Position numbers and translations under genes: made by a program. DNA of 64,000 nt from contig NC_043002.1 of assembly GCF_006345805.1 (NCBI RefSeq), positions 114,390,001 to 114,454,000 on the forward strand, given 5' to 3'. A model generated the notes under the pieces. That model was not told the origin of the DNA, did no database searches, and saw only the letters and a list, made by a program, of their open reading frames with translations. This document shows positions 11,414-24,660 of the stretch, one piece after another (position 1 is the stretch's first letter; each line of letters starts with the position of its first letter). The DNA is from Octopus sinensis. Lineage: Eukaryota.

Positions 11414-12225
11414 GTCAGGTATGGGGGCGTGCACCGTTGCAGCGCGTTGCTGCTTTCACCATACATTGGCATTTGTTCAGGCAACTCTCCGAGTAATGTC
11501 CCAATCACGGGCAACTCTTCGAACAATATCTCAATCATTTCTTATCTCTGTGACATATTTCTTCATCCGCCGTTACCATGTGGCATGTAGCCGACTAACA
11601 CGAGCCATCACGCCGACTAGATCCTCAGAGAAAATACAATACACAGGAAACAACTCGGAAAACTGAGCGACATGACCAAACAGTCCGAGCTGATGTTCTC
11701 GAATCATACAAATAACAGGATGCATCCCAGTTTCTGAGTATCATTATTAATTGCATACGAAATCTGACCAATGGTAACCCATAATCCTGCGAAGCGTCCT
11801 CGTATAAAAAGCGTTCAGGCGGCGTCCAAGTCTCGCAACTATAGAGTTAGACAAGAAGGACCAAAAACCTGAAGATCCGAACCTTTGTCCTCCTGCTCAG
11901 ATATCGGCAACACCAAACTCTCTTGTCCTAGTGAGTCCTCAACTGCAGTAGCATGTTCAAGTCTTTTTAAGATGCCGAGATAAAGTGAAGCAGTCAACAA
12001 CTTTGACATTCTCACCCGCAACGGAGACAGACGAGATGGAGTTACTTCTCATATTAGGAAGCCAACAGAAGACTGGCCCTTTGCTTTGACCCAAGAAACT
12101 CTAAAAGGCCAAGTGGTTCCGCTTTCTCAGTGATGGGAGAGCGCTCCTTAAGACATCAAGAGACTCAACATGAACAACCGTGTCATCAGCAGCTATATGA
12201 CCCTGAGCTGATATGCCGGAAATAT
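11414..12225 (-). mobile_element. RTE-clade LINE 3' fragment, degenerate
   Basis: Minus-strand pieces: ETWT..RLNAFYTRTLRRIMGYHWSDFV..IREHQLGLFGHVAQF. Ends cccatacctgacctga. Lies tail-to-tail with the CR1-group LINE. Confidence 0.75.
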
Positions 12226-13251
12226 CCTTATTTGATCACAAACTTAGTGATATCATGTTTGATGTATAAATATTGATCTAAAATTTAGATTAATCTCAAT
12301 TTGAGAGAAAATAATTTAGATTAATACTAACAAATTAATTAATCAGATAATATATCATTTACATGGAAAACTAACAAACGAAAATTTTAAATCTTTGCAG
12401 ATGAGCTACAAATTAGATTGTAGATACATAAATAATTTAGTTCAATCAATAATTTAAATGACGACTAAACTACAATAATTTCAATTACGATATTTTCAAA
12501 TGATTTAGGACAATGAGAGATGCTAGAAAATGAGAGATAAAATACCTTATTGTATTAAATTCGACTGCACGTGTTGTAAATATAAATCTTTCTAAAGTCG
12601 ACATTGCCTTTCTTCCCTTTAGAGTCGACAAAATAATTTCTAGGATCAACTTGTCAAACGATTTCAATAATTTCAATATACTTCATTATATTAAATGAGG
12701 CTTTTCTTAGGTACATTAATCTCAGCATATAATGATTATAGAGATGGAGCACCAATGTTTGTAAGTAACATGTAGATGAGAGAAAAACTCTTAGGAATAT
12801 TAAAGAAAAAATTAATATTTGCAGTTCTTGTTAAAACAAGAAGATTTTTCTTCAAACGAAGTAAACTGAAGCAATTTAGAATTGTTGAAAATGACAATGA
12901 AATATTCTAAGCAGATTTTAATCCATGACCCAATTGCCAACATTCAAATACCAAGTCTATTTATTAAGCAGTAAAACTATCGTTTATGATAGAAAACAAA
13001 ACTTTGAAAGAAACTTTATTGTTTTAGGATTTTTGTTCAGATATATCTTATGAGTTTCTCAAACGGTAACAGGTTTCCAGGACCAATGAGAAATGTATAA
13101 CGCGAAATGTCTAATTCGGACTTGTGCCGCTCCTCAAATATTGGTTAGTTTTACAGATAGAATAGTTTGGAAAGCCTTGGGCACAAGTAATACACTACTA
13201 TCATTGCTTATTAGCTTGAGAGAACTACATATAATTGAATTACTATGATAC

Positions 13252-13453
13252 CTATTTCTTTATTACCCACAAGGGGCTAAACACAGAGGGAACAAACAAG
13301 GACAGACATAGGTATTAAGTCGATTACATCGACCCCAGTGCGTAACTGGTACTTAATTTATCGACCCCGAAAGGATGAAAAGCAAAGTCGACCTCGGCGG
13401 AATTCGAACTCACAACGTAATGCAGGGGAAATACCGCTACGCATTTCGCCGCC
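13252..13453 (-). mobile_element. SINE family B with 17-bp TSD
   Basis: TSD ttgaattactatgatac at 13235-13251 and 13454-13470. The head has a deletion between two ggcga motifs. Confidence 0.9.
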
Positions 13454-14033
13454 TTGAATTACTATGATACCGCTTACTTAGGAGATAATAAATGGTTGTA
13501 TTCTCACGTTGTAGTGTGAATTATTTAGCCCCAAGTCAGCCTTGATACATCAGAACTTGTCTAAAGGGAATTTGTCTATCACCATTTTCTTCTCTTTTTT
13601 TCGTGCATAGTGCATCTGAGCATAGCCAATTTCCTTCTACACTTGAAGATGGTAGGTTGTATCTGAAAGAGATTTGGTTGTTAGTTATTGTACGTCGAGT
13701 AAGAACATAGATACTTTCTTGAATCACTGGGGTAATGTTAGATTTGTAACTAAGGGACAATCATAAGCATCACAGATTTAGAAAATTTATGAATGAAACT
13801 GAGATTTATTGATTTGTGTTTAAGTTCAGTTCCCCTTGAAATAAAAGTTGTTTGTGATAGACCAGTATCCTGTTTAAAGACAAATTTATCTGTCACCGAT
13901 CTACGTTATTCTTATGGTTCGGAAAGTATTAGCTTCTGAAAAAAATAATTCTAATTTTGTAAGTTAGGTGAACTAAAGCAATTAGAATATACCATTTTCC
14001 TTAAGTCAGCAAACACTAACAACGCAATGGGTA

Positions 14034-14093
<60 letters not shown>

Positions 14094-15920
14094 CATACAC
14101 AATCTCACATGTTCACACAAATTATATATACATATATATATGTGTGTACGTGTGTGAGTGTGTATGTGTGTGTGCGCGCGCGCGTGTATGTGTGTGCCTG
14201 TCTGCGTGTATGTATAACCCAACAGTCACCATTTAAAATTTATTTTCAGCTTCTCTGTTCTCTAAAACAGAAAAGTATGACTATAAATTGAAGAAGACAT
14301 CCAATCTGACTTGGCTGTCCTCTGTAAGTTTAGTGATATCATTTAAACCACTTTAATGGTTTCTTATGGTGTTTGGTTTTCTGCCGTTTCTCACAGATAT
14401 TCTCTACTTCCGTTAAGCAAACATCGTTACTTTGTATCATGGCTACTTGGAATTTTTCCAATCCGATAAATGTTTGATCGCAGTAACATTCTTCGTTGGC
14501 TGCAAGGCACTCTTCTCAAGTGGTCAGATGCCTGATTTTTGATAAGGAGATTAGGCTGCGCCATTAGACTAGATCTAATTTCTATAATTCCATTTCTTTA
14601 GTCTTCTGCTTTAACAAGAATTCTGACAAGGTCAATGTAAACATTCAAAATGTCTCTTTAGTCTGCGTTTAAAATTACAATTGCACAAAACAAAAATTAA
14701 AAATCTCAAATGTCAAAGATAAAAGAACTTTTAAACTTAGAACACAAATATAAATATTTTTATATCAAATACTGTCACATAATGAAATATTGCCCTTGAT
14801 AGTACAAAGAACTGATTTCTTTACTTTCAGCTAGCTCAAGATAGTATTATGTCCATTAGGAACATGCAAAATCGGAATGTCCTTAATATTTTTTAAAATT
14901 TGAAATTTGAATTTCTTTGCGGCGTCTTTCGTCATTGACAGTCTCTATAAACTAGTATTTCATTGTTGTTTAACTCGAGGTTCACCTAATAGAGTAGACC
15001 TATATATCTTGTATGCTTGTTAATGGTGAACCGAGTCTTCTACCTGTTATTGACTCAGGGTGACAGTACTGGAGCACTGGACCAATGCCTCCCCCCCCGG
15101 GTTTAGCTCGCAATGAGGCTCGATTCATATTAATTACCTGGTTGTGTATAGCAGGTATCTACAATATAAAGCTGTCGATGCAATCAACTGTACCCATATC
15201 AAGGTCGCATATCTTAATAGAATGGGGACTAAGAATTAGAACATGAGTAAGTAGCAGAATATTCTTGATACTTCTTTTAGCGATCCTGTGCTATGAAATG
15301 GTCAGTAGTTAGTGAAGCAAATTTGAATTTAGACCGGCAAAGCGGAGAGCAAAATAAGATAAGGAATGCAGACTATCTTTTTAAAATCTCGGCAACTGAG
15401 GCTACCTATGGCTACAAGAATTTGATAATTTAAAAGAAAGTTAAAGTAAAGATAATTTAGGAATATAAACACATCAGAGCAGAAGGTAATTTGTTTTTTT
15501 TTTATGAATCGTGTAAATCTAGTGAGCTTCACATGCAATCTTTACATACAATCTACCCTCTTAACGATAGGTATGCACAAAGACGTCCTACCAGCTTCCA
15601 GTGGGAACATGGTATTCTAATATAATTTTCTGAATCGAAATGCACTAATTCAACATGTCAGGGAAGTACATAATACTGCGCCTTCCCTTCTCACAAATGA
15701 TTCAGATCTATTTCTCTTCTCAATTTCTGCCGATGTCTTTTCACATTTATAGCATGGCAACCATATATCTGTATAGTAACCAAAACTGCCACTCAAGGTT
15801 AGACCTCTTAAAACTTACTATTGTAGCTGACTGTTTTTATATAAAAATGGATATTTATTTAAGTATACCATAAAATAAGATATTCAATCTAACTCTGTAT
15901 TAATATGAATAGTAATGTTA

Positions 15921-16160
15921 AGGCGGCGAGCAGACAGAATCATTAGCATGTCGGACAAAGCAGACAAAGTCGGTCAGAATGCTTAGTGGCATTTCTTCCG
16001 ACTTTACGTTCTGAGTTCAGATGCCGCCGGGTTCGATTTTGCCTTTTATCCTTTCCGGGCCGATAAAATAAGTAGCAGTTGAGCACTGGGATCGATGTAA
16101 TCAACTTACACTCTCTATCCTGAAATTGCTGGCCTTGTGTCAAAATTTGAAACCAAAATG
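15921..16160 (+). mobile_element. SINE family B, diverged, ending ggccttgtgtcaaaatttgaaacc
   Basis: Head and core recognisable. Confidence 0.8.
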
Positions 16161-16741
16161 AACAGTAAAGTTAATTTCTGATCTTTCAAGAGAGCAAATA
16201 TGCATTAACAAGTGATAAATGATATTAATCTTAAGATTGAATTAAATAAGTGATATAACTTTTGTTTGTTTCCTAAGGATTCAGAAAAACAAAGCACTAC
16301 GAATTTATTCAGTTCGGTGTTCTAGTGTCAGAATGAATAATCTCTTGGAAGCTACTCATCTATTCTGCTCCTACAGAAAAATGTTCTTGCGCTTATGCAA
16401 GAACAAATTATTATTTGCTAAAGATTCTGTCAATAGTATCAAAACCAATCCTTGCTTCACTTGGTTCGTTCACTCCAACTTCCATATATATGATATCTTA
16501 CTTTCGTTTAAATTCACAATTCTTTTTATCAATACATCAATTCTGAAGTGGTGAAATATGAAAAAAAAGAAGCAAATATTGATCTACACTAATGCGGTAG
16601 CGATCATATACGATAGATATAATTTTAATTTCATAAATAAGGTTTTAAATTAAACGGGAAGTTATCAATATAGACAGATAATGATATCAGATGATGCTGT
16701 CAGTCTACTCGCTATATTGCAGCTATTTTTTGACTCAAAAT

Positions 16742-16788
16742 GGCATCTGTTGATTATTTCAGTTACCCACCTCTTCTGATACAGCGCC
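16742..16788 (-). ncRNA. Degenerate hammerhead-like motif (family F9)
   Basis: Minus strand: ggcgctgtat-CAGAAGA-GGT gggta ACT-GAAA-taatc-aacagatgcc. Core U4 is A; stem I has about 9 bp with two bulges. Confidence 0.4.
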
Positions 16789-17699
16789 ATGAAGATGGTA
16801 CTGATTGCCGATACTGCTGATAGTAACTAAAGTATATCATACATAGTTTCAGTGTTTAAACTAAAGTTATATACATATACATACATTACATACATTCGCA
16901 TACACTTATGCATACATTCATTCAAACACACACACACATAACAAGATGAAGTGCATTCTATAGTGAAATATGTATAGAGGAGATAATACAGAATAATTAA
17001 ATACACATACATATATATAGCCATGTAAACTATAGTATAGGCGTAACAAGTTATATTCTATATTTTCTATAGATATGTGTGTTGATAACTAAAGCATATT
17101 ATGTAAATATGTGTAAGTATAGATAGCTGAAGTGAATTATATCAAGATATAACTGAAGCTGGTATGAAATATAAGCTACGTCAAAATGTGTGCAAAGCTA
17201 ACTATAAAATACTTTTTTTAGATACATATCGTTTGTGTAAGTTTATACACGTATAAAGGGATATATGAATATATATCTAAATTGTTTCATATATATTGAC
17301 GATTTAACTGCAAAAGCACTTCCATCACCTCTGAAGTGTGCTCTCCTGTGCACGCTCTCTCTCTCTCTCTTTCTCTCACTCGCTCTTTTATTGGGGAGAG
17401 AGAGACAGAGAACGCGCGTGCGTGCGAGAGAGAGCGAGCAAAAAAGAGCGGGAGAGCAATGTATAAATACATATACACATATAAATATGTGTATGTGTAT
17501 GTGAGTGCGCGAGCGTGTGTGTGTGTGTGTGCTTCACTCCTGGGCCATTAGAAGCAGTTATCGGGTGAGTAAAATTACTGCACATAGCAAAAATCTACAA
17601 CCCCAAGTCCCCCAAATAGTCCACTCACAGTTGTTTGAAACTGCTTAGACAAAAAAACAAAACAAAAAATACAAAAAAAAAACCAAAACAACAACAACA

Positions 17700-18545
17700 A
17701 GGCCATTGATACTCGGCAAGTGTCTCCTGCGATTAAAAATCCGGGTGGCATTTACTCAGCAATGTATCATTTGCAAAGCCGCTATCCAAACCACGAAAAG
17801 TAACTTTGTACAACATATAAATCTCAAGTTATCCCGTCTGATAAACAACAACCGATCTATCCCTTTGCTCCCTTGCCAGATTAATTTACACCAACTGCGA
17901 AACACTTTTCTCTCCAATTCGCAAAATTAACAATTCCATGAGCAATACTTCTGTAGAGAAAACCATCTTGCCTACACACGCCAGGTACGAAAGCATTTTT
18001 GGTTTCGAATCAACAAGGCTATTGGCTCCGAGAATGTCTCTTCTGCAACTCTCAAGCATTGCACTCCATAGCTAGTTCTTTAATCTCTCCTTCTCTACAG
18101 AGAAAATCTCCCCTAATCTTCATATGTACGCTACCGTGTGTTCTTTTCCCAAGAGAAGTTACCGTCCTGATCCTACCAACTATTGCCTATCGCACTCCCA
18201 GTAATGACCACCGCCAAAACTTTGAATCTCTCTTCTTAAAGAATATTAGTACCGTTTTAGTAAAGCAAGATCAACTAGTGAACTTCTTTTCTCTGTCACT
18301 CACCAGAGGGATATTGCTTTGGAGAAATTTGGTGATGTAATCGAAATCAGTAAAAATTTCAACTATTTTTCATGGAAATCTATCCAAACGTTCTGCACAG
18401 AGGTTTGACTCATCTATCATCTCTCAGGTAACTTCCTATGACACAGCGCTATCGTGGCATTTCACCTGCACTCTTTTCCTTCTATGCATTATCAATGACA
18501 TACTTATTGCCATGTCCAACAACATTCATTATGTCCCATCAACAA
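17700..18545 (+). mobile_element. Highly degenerate Jockey/CR1-group LINE RT fragment
   Basis: KAIGSENVSSATLKHC.. and PDPTNY.. (NYRPI-like) across frameshifts. Similar to 43600-43985. Confidence 0.6.
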
Positions 18546-19087
18546 TGTGAATATGTATTTACGGGCTTATGTAGTACATCTTATAATTGGTCATGGATCT
18601 GATACTATCCAACGAGTCTATTTATACAAATGTCATCTCTGTCACAAAAGCATCCGTAGAGATATCACAGTAAAATCACCGCGACTACCAACGTCGCAGG
18701 AAGAAATATTAGAAATTAGAGGATTAAGGAAGCCATCCTATGAAAAAAAAACCAACAACAACAACTTAATCCTTTATGAACCGCAGATATGATCTTAGCT
18801 ACACTGAATCGTGACCTGACGACATATTGTACAGCTCCTCATCCACTATTTTAGTGTTTTTAAAAAAAAATAACTGATTATTTATTTTAATCTACGCAGA
18901 CAGACTTTCCTCAATCTCCGTTATCTTGAAAATGGATTTTTAAAACTGAAATACTCGATATATCATATATCGATATTTTACATTTAAAACTATACATATG
19001 GATATGTAAACACTGCTTTAAAGTTAAACATTGGTTAAATTTATTTACACTCACACACATAAACATGCATATATATATATATATATC

Positions 19088-19495
19088 TTTTACTCTTTTA
19101 CTTGTTTCAGTCATTTGACTGCGGCCATGCTGGAGCACCGCCTTTAGTCGAGCAAATCGACCCAGGGACTTACTCTTTGTAAGCCCAGTACTTATTCTAT
19201 CGGTCTCTTTTGCCGAACGGCTAGGTGATGGGGACGTAAACACACCAGCATCGGTTGTCAAGCAATGCTAGGGGGACAAACACAGACACACAAACACATA
19301 CACACACATACATATATATATATACATATATACGACAGGCTTCTTTCAGTTTCCATCTACCAAATCCACTCACAAGGCATTGGTCGGCCCGGGGCTATAG
19401 TAGAAGACACTTGCCCAAGATGCCACGCAGTGGGACTGAACCCGGAACCATTTGGTTGGTTAGCAAGCTTCTTACCACACAGCCACTCCTGCGCC
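19088..19495 (-). mobile_element. SINE family A, full length
   Basis: Near-identical in structure to 42605-43020 and 53615-54028. Confidence 0.92.
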
Positions 19496-19513
19496 ATATA
19501 TATATATATATAT

Positions 19514-20320
19514 ACTTTATTTTAAGCAGCAGAAAATTCAACAAAATCTGTTACTCTGAGTTTCTCGTTGCCGTTCATCAGACAGTTTTTGCTAGAATGG
19601 AACCGATATATCAATTCAATCTAGACTCTTACAAACGCTACACCTTTAAAAAGAAATGGACTTGTGGCTGATTGGCCCTTTAGAAAAAACGGTCAATCTT
19701 CGAGCGATAAACAAAAAGGTCAAAAATATATGTATATATATATAAAAAAACTTATAAAAATTATAAAATCCGAGGAAAAAACCGTACATTGAATAAAATA
19801 CATATTGACGTTAATGAAGAAAGTGCAAATTAATGCATAGAAATTAAACCTGTTATAAATATTACACTGCAATACATATTTATATTAAAATCTACATATA
19901 TATATCAACATACACAAAAGGATGCGCGCAAACGCCATACATATACAGACGTATGAATATAAATCTAAATATACACATAAATGCATGTGTACATATATTC
20001 ACGCAAACCATCTCGCACGCAAGCTAAAAATCATCTATGTAGCGATTCTCATATACTGAGTAAGGGGGGGACGAAAAAAGGGAGAGAGAGAAAAAGGAAC
20101 GAAGGAGGGGTGGGGAAAAAACGAAATAAGAAAAAATTATGTATACAAGCAGTGTAACGGCATTATTGGCATATATGGAGACAAGTATACATACACAAGT
20201 TCGAATGGATACATATACATACAGTCGTGTATATGTGTGCTTAAGCACAAACATACTTTCACTTACACATACACAGATACGCATGCTTACAAATACATAT
20301 GCTTTACTATACACATACTT
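19514..20320 (-). mobile_element. Non-coding PLE-type repeat family F3, copy a
   Basis: About 800 bp colinear with 63173-64000. Hammerhead near the 3' end, terminating at (TA)n. May extend to about 20625. Confidence 0.85.
19543..19590 (-). ncRNA. Minimal type I hammerhead ribozyme (F3a)
   Basis: aaaaactgt-CTGATGA-a CG gcaa CG a-GAAA-CTC a GAG-TA-acagatttt. GUA triplet and good stem I; stem II is 2 bp plus a GNRA loop with an A.A at its base. Confidence 0.7.
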
Positions 20321-20626
20321 ATATCAACATTCTAATTTTGACAACATTGCTTTTTTTTTAAAAAAACATTGCTTTTTAAAAATGGGTGCATTAATAAAAA
20401 TATATACGAAAGACATATAAAATAAAATATAACATCCTATTTTGGGTCATTTATAAATAATCAAGGTAATATAAATAATCAAGGTAATCCTATACAATAC
20501 AATAACATGAAAACAAAGTTGGAGGTTTTTCCTAATATATATGTAGAAACATAAGACTTTGCTATACGGATTAAGATCCGCATAGCTTGGAAACAAAATC
20601 CATCGTAGCGCCCATCATTCAAGAGT

Positions 20627-20679
<53 letters not shown>

Positions 20680-20705
20680 TACATACATATACAGTCACGC
20701 ACATA

Positions 20706-20850
20706 CGCGCGTGGCTGTGTAATAAGAAGCTTGCTTTTCAGTCCCACAACAGGAATCTTGGGCAAGTGACTTTATTATTAGCCTCGTGCTGACCAAAGTC
20801 TTGTGAGTGCATTTGTGAGATGGAAACTGAAGAAGTGCGTCATATAATAT
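20706..20850 (+). mobile_element. SINE family A, 5' part, degenerate
   Basis: gtggctgtgtaataagaagcttgc...cttgggcaag...gaaactgaagaag. Confidence 0.7.
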
Positions 20851-20861
20851 ATTCATTTGAT

Positions 20862-21407
20862 GGCGAGCTGGCAGAACCGTTAGCACGCCGGGCGAAATGC
20901 TTAGCGGTATTTCGTCTGCTGTTACGTTCTGAGTTAAAATTCCGCCGAGGTCGAATTTGCCTTTCATCCTTTCGGAATCGATTAAATAAGCACCAGTTAC
21001 GCACTGGGATCGATATAATCGACTTAATCCGTTTGTCTGTCCTTGATTGCCTTCTCTGTGTTTAGCCCCTTGTGGGTAGTAAAGAAATAGGTATTTCGTC
21101 TGCCGCTACGTTCTGAGTTCAAATTCCGCCGAGGTCGACTTTGCCTTTCATCCTTTCGGGGTCGATTAAATAAGTACTTAATCCATTTGTCTGTCCTTGT
21201 TTGTCCTCTCTGTGTTTAGCCCCTTGCGGGTAGTAAAGAAATAGGTATTTTTCTTCTGCCATTACGTTCTGAGTTCAAATTCCGCCGAGGTCGACTTTGC
21301 CTTTCATGCTTTCGGGGTCGATAAAATAAGTACCAGTTGCATACTGGGGACGATCTACTTGACTCCCCCCAAAATTTCGGGCCTTGTGCCTAGAATAGAA
21401 AAGAAAT
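20862..21407 (+). mobile_element. SINE family B trimer (head + core/spacer x2 + core/terminal tail)
   Basis: Junctions aaagaaatag|gtattt at 21090/21091 and 21244/21245. The last unit ends aaatttcgggccttgtgcctagaatagaaaagaa. Confidence 0.9.
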
Positions 21408-21714
21408 TCATTTGATTATAATACACCAAGGGATTTACAACTTGTCGGGAACCCTAGAGTATACCAACATACCAACAACATACTACTCAAAGATACGCGT
21501 AATTTGGACCAGCCCCTAGGCGCTAAATACTAATAGAGTTGGTTTTCTCTGTGTACACAACCGAAATGTCCAATCTGATATTTCGACTCTCATCAACCAT
21601 CGGCCGGAACCACAGACATTATCCAAGCCTACCTGGTGCATACCATTTCAAGTACCTGATTTCATCGGAATCCTCATCTTACTTCTTATATATTTATTTG
21701 TATATATGTATGTG

Positions 21715-21912
21715 TACGTGTTTGTGTTTGTTCCCCACCATCGCCTGATAACCGATGCTGGTGTGTTAACGTGCCTGTAACTTAGCAGTTTGGCAAAAGT
21801 GACCGATAGAATAAGACCTGATGTCGATTTCTTTGACTAAAAAAAATCCTTTAAGATGTTGCTTCAGCATGGCCGCAGTGAATTGACTGAAACAAGTAAA
21901 AGAATGAAAGAA
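21715..21912 (+). mobile_element. SINE family A, 3' half
   Basis: Matches the family A tail. Confidence 0.8.
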
Positions 21913-22924
21913 TGCATATATACATATGTAAATCTAATATACATCGAATAGCTATGAGGGTCCACCCGAGTAAAATAGGAATCAAAAGGTAAAATAGGTA
22001 AAGCAAAAATAGTTGAGAATTACTGGTTTAGACCACAATAATACTATTGTTGTGTTGTTTAGCCCCTGGTTAGTTTTTGTTAAGAGTATTCCAGCTGTGA
22101 GGACTTTTTTCAGCATAGCGTATCTTCGAATATGCTATTGATTGCTTTTCCTTTTGATATGATAGAAGGAAATAGAATAGAAGGAAATTTGGGTTCTATT
22201 TCCGGCAGATTGAGAGGGTTACCATTAATATCTTTACGAAAGGCATGGATAAAGCATATCCAATTTCCTTCTCTCTTGAAAATAGAGTCTCTCTCTCCAT
22301 CGAATAATAAAAAAATATCCACATATTTTCATGTATCACTTCTACAGAACAGTTTACTAGAAGTATCAAGGAAAAGTAATAAGAGTATAAAATGCCATAC
22401 AACATTTCTAAAATTACAATGGCGCTCTAATCAATTATCAATCTTACTCTGAGCTAATTTTCTATTTCTAGCCGCATTTTCGTTTCATATTCATGAAAAA
22501 AAAAATATATTCCCTCATCTAGAAAGCTTCATCTCAACAAATCTCGACCAAACTGTTAGGGGTGGGTGGGGATTACAGGTGGGTGGGGGGGGGTGAGAGG
22601 AAATACTTCATAACATAAAAATAAGTAAATATTTTCGCAAATATGTTAACGTATATCACTAATAGATGAGGTTCTGCACTGTTATTCTGAAAATATGGTT
22701 TTCTTTCATCTAACAAAGTAGTTTTTATACTTACTTAATTGCTTACCTTCACACACACCTATATGCACACCTTTATTCAGACGCTCTCACACACAAAAGT
22801 ACAAACATAAATGCACAGACACATGCATTCCAACACGTATTAAACTAATGTGTGTCCAAGTATACAGATAGAACTATGCCTATATACATACACGCATACT
22901 TGTATACTTGTGTGCGTGTGTTTT

Positions 22925-23670
<746 letters not shown>

Positions 23671-23759
23671 GTGTATGTATGTGTGTGTGCATGTATTACA
23701 TGGTATGTATAAAAGCATATATCTGTCATTACTTCCAAAATAATCCGGATTCGCAAAAT

Positions 23760-23935
23760 TAATTGAGCTTCCGACTTTTGTTCCAGGTCTTTACGTTTTT
23801 GAGTTCGAATCCCTTCAATGTCAGCTTTGCTTTTTATCCTTTCACAGCCAATAAAATATAATATAATTCCAAGCCAAGTACTGAGGGTGATGTAATCAAC
23901 AAACTTCTCTGGAGAATATCTTAAATAGAAACAAT
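23760..23935 (-). mobile_element. SINE family B, degenerate
   Basis: Weak match to the core (gctttgcttttatcctttc, gtactgagggtgatgtaatc). Confidence 0.5.
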
Positions 23936-23999
23936 TATTATTCACAGCAGCATCCCACTCTTCCTCCTCTCTTATCCCGTTTTTTCTCCATCAAACAAG

Positions 24000-24193
24000 G
24001 ACAGCAGTTTCGGAGAAGGGACTAAGTCCGGTTACATCAACCCGAGTGGTCAAATGGCACTTATTTTATCGACTCTAAAAGGATGGAAGGCAAAGCTGAC
24101 CTCGGCAGAATTAGAACTCAGAACGTAGAGACGGACGAAATGCTGCTAAGCATTTTTCTCAGCATGCTAACGATTCTGCCAGCTCGCCGCCTT
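24000..24193 (-). mobile_element. SINE family B
   Basis: ctgccagctcgccgcc head end; core recognisable. Confidence 0.85.
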
Positions 24194-24334
24194 ACAATAG
24201 TTTTAGTTAAGTTAAATAGAAGCAACATTTTATTGTAATTGTTTATCTCCAGTGCAGCTCTGATTGAGTATATCTTAGAAAGATTTTCTATCTGCGACCA
24301 TCTGTCATCAAGACTATACTATTCAATAAAGTGA

Positions 24335-24660
24335 AGGCGCGTGGCTTAGTGGTTAGGGGAATTCGGCTCATGATCGTAAGGTCGTGAGTTCAATTCCCGG
24401 CGGCGCGTTGTGTCCTTGAGCAAGACACTTTATTTCACGTTGCTCCAGTTCACTCAACTGGCAAAAATGAGTTGTACCTGTATTTCAAAGGGTCAGCCTT
24501 GTCACATCTTATACCACACTGAATCTCCTTGGGAACTATGCTAAGGGTACACGTGTTTGTGGAGTGCTCAGCCACTTGTACGTTAATTTCACGCGCAAGC
24601 TGTTCCGTTGATCGTATCAGCTGGGACCCTCGTCGTCGCAACCGACGGAGTGCTCTCTCT
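24335..24660 (+). mobile_element. SINE family C (tRNA-derived head followed by tgtgtccttgagcaagacact central domain)
   Basis: A box tggcttagtggtta, B box gagttcaattcc. Ends at (CT)n. Confidence 0.8.

Noticed and set aside
14300-14490. 58-codon minus-strand frame EECLAANEECYCDQTF...
   Set aside because: Preceded directly by TGA, with a weak acceptor and no recognisable homology.
15130-15255. Splice-like signals on both strands
   Set aside because: All + frames stop, and the - frame is unrecognised. Signals on both strands suggest chance.
20551-20600. Hairpin gctat-a-cggat-taag-atccg-c-atagc followed by GAAAC
   Set aside because: No CUGANGA upstream and no stem III, so not a hammerhead.
24335-24410. 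True tRNA genes at SINE heads
   Set aside because: A/B boxes are present, but acceptor stems do not close and the sequences continue into SINE bodies.
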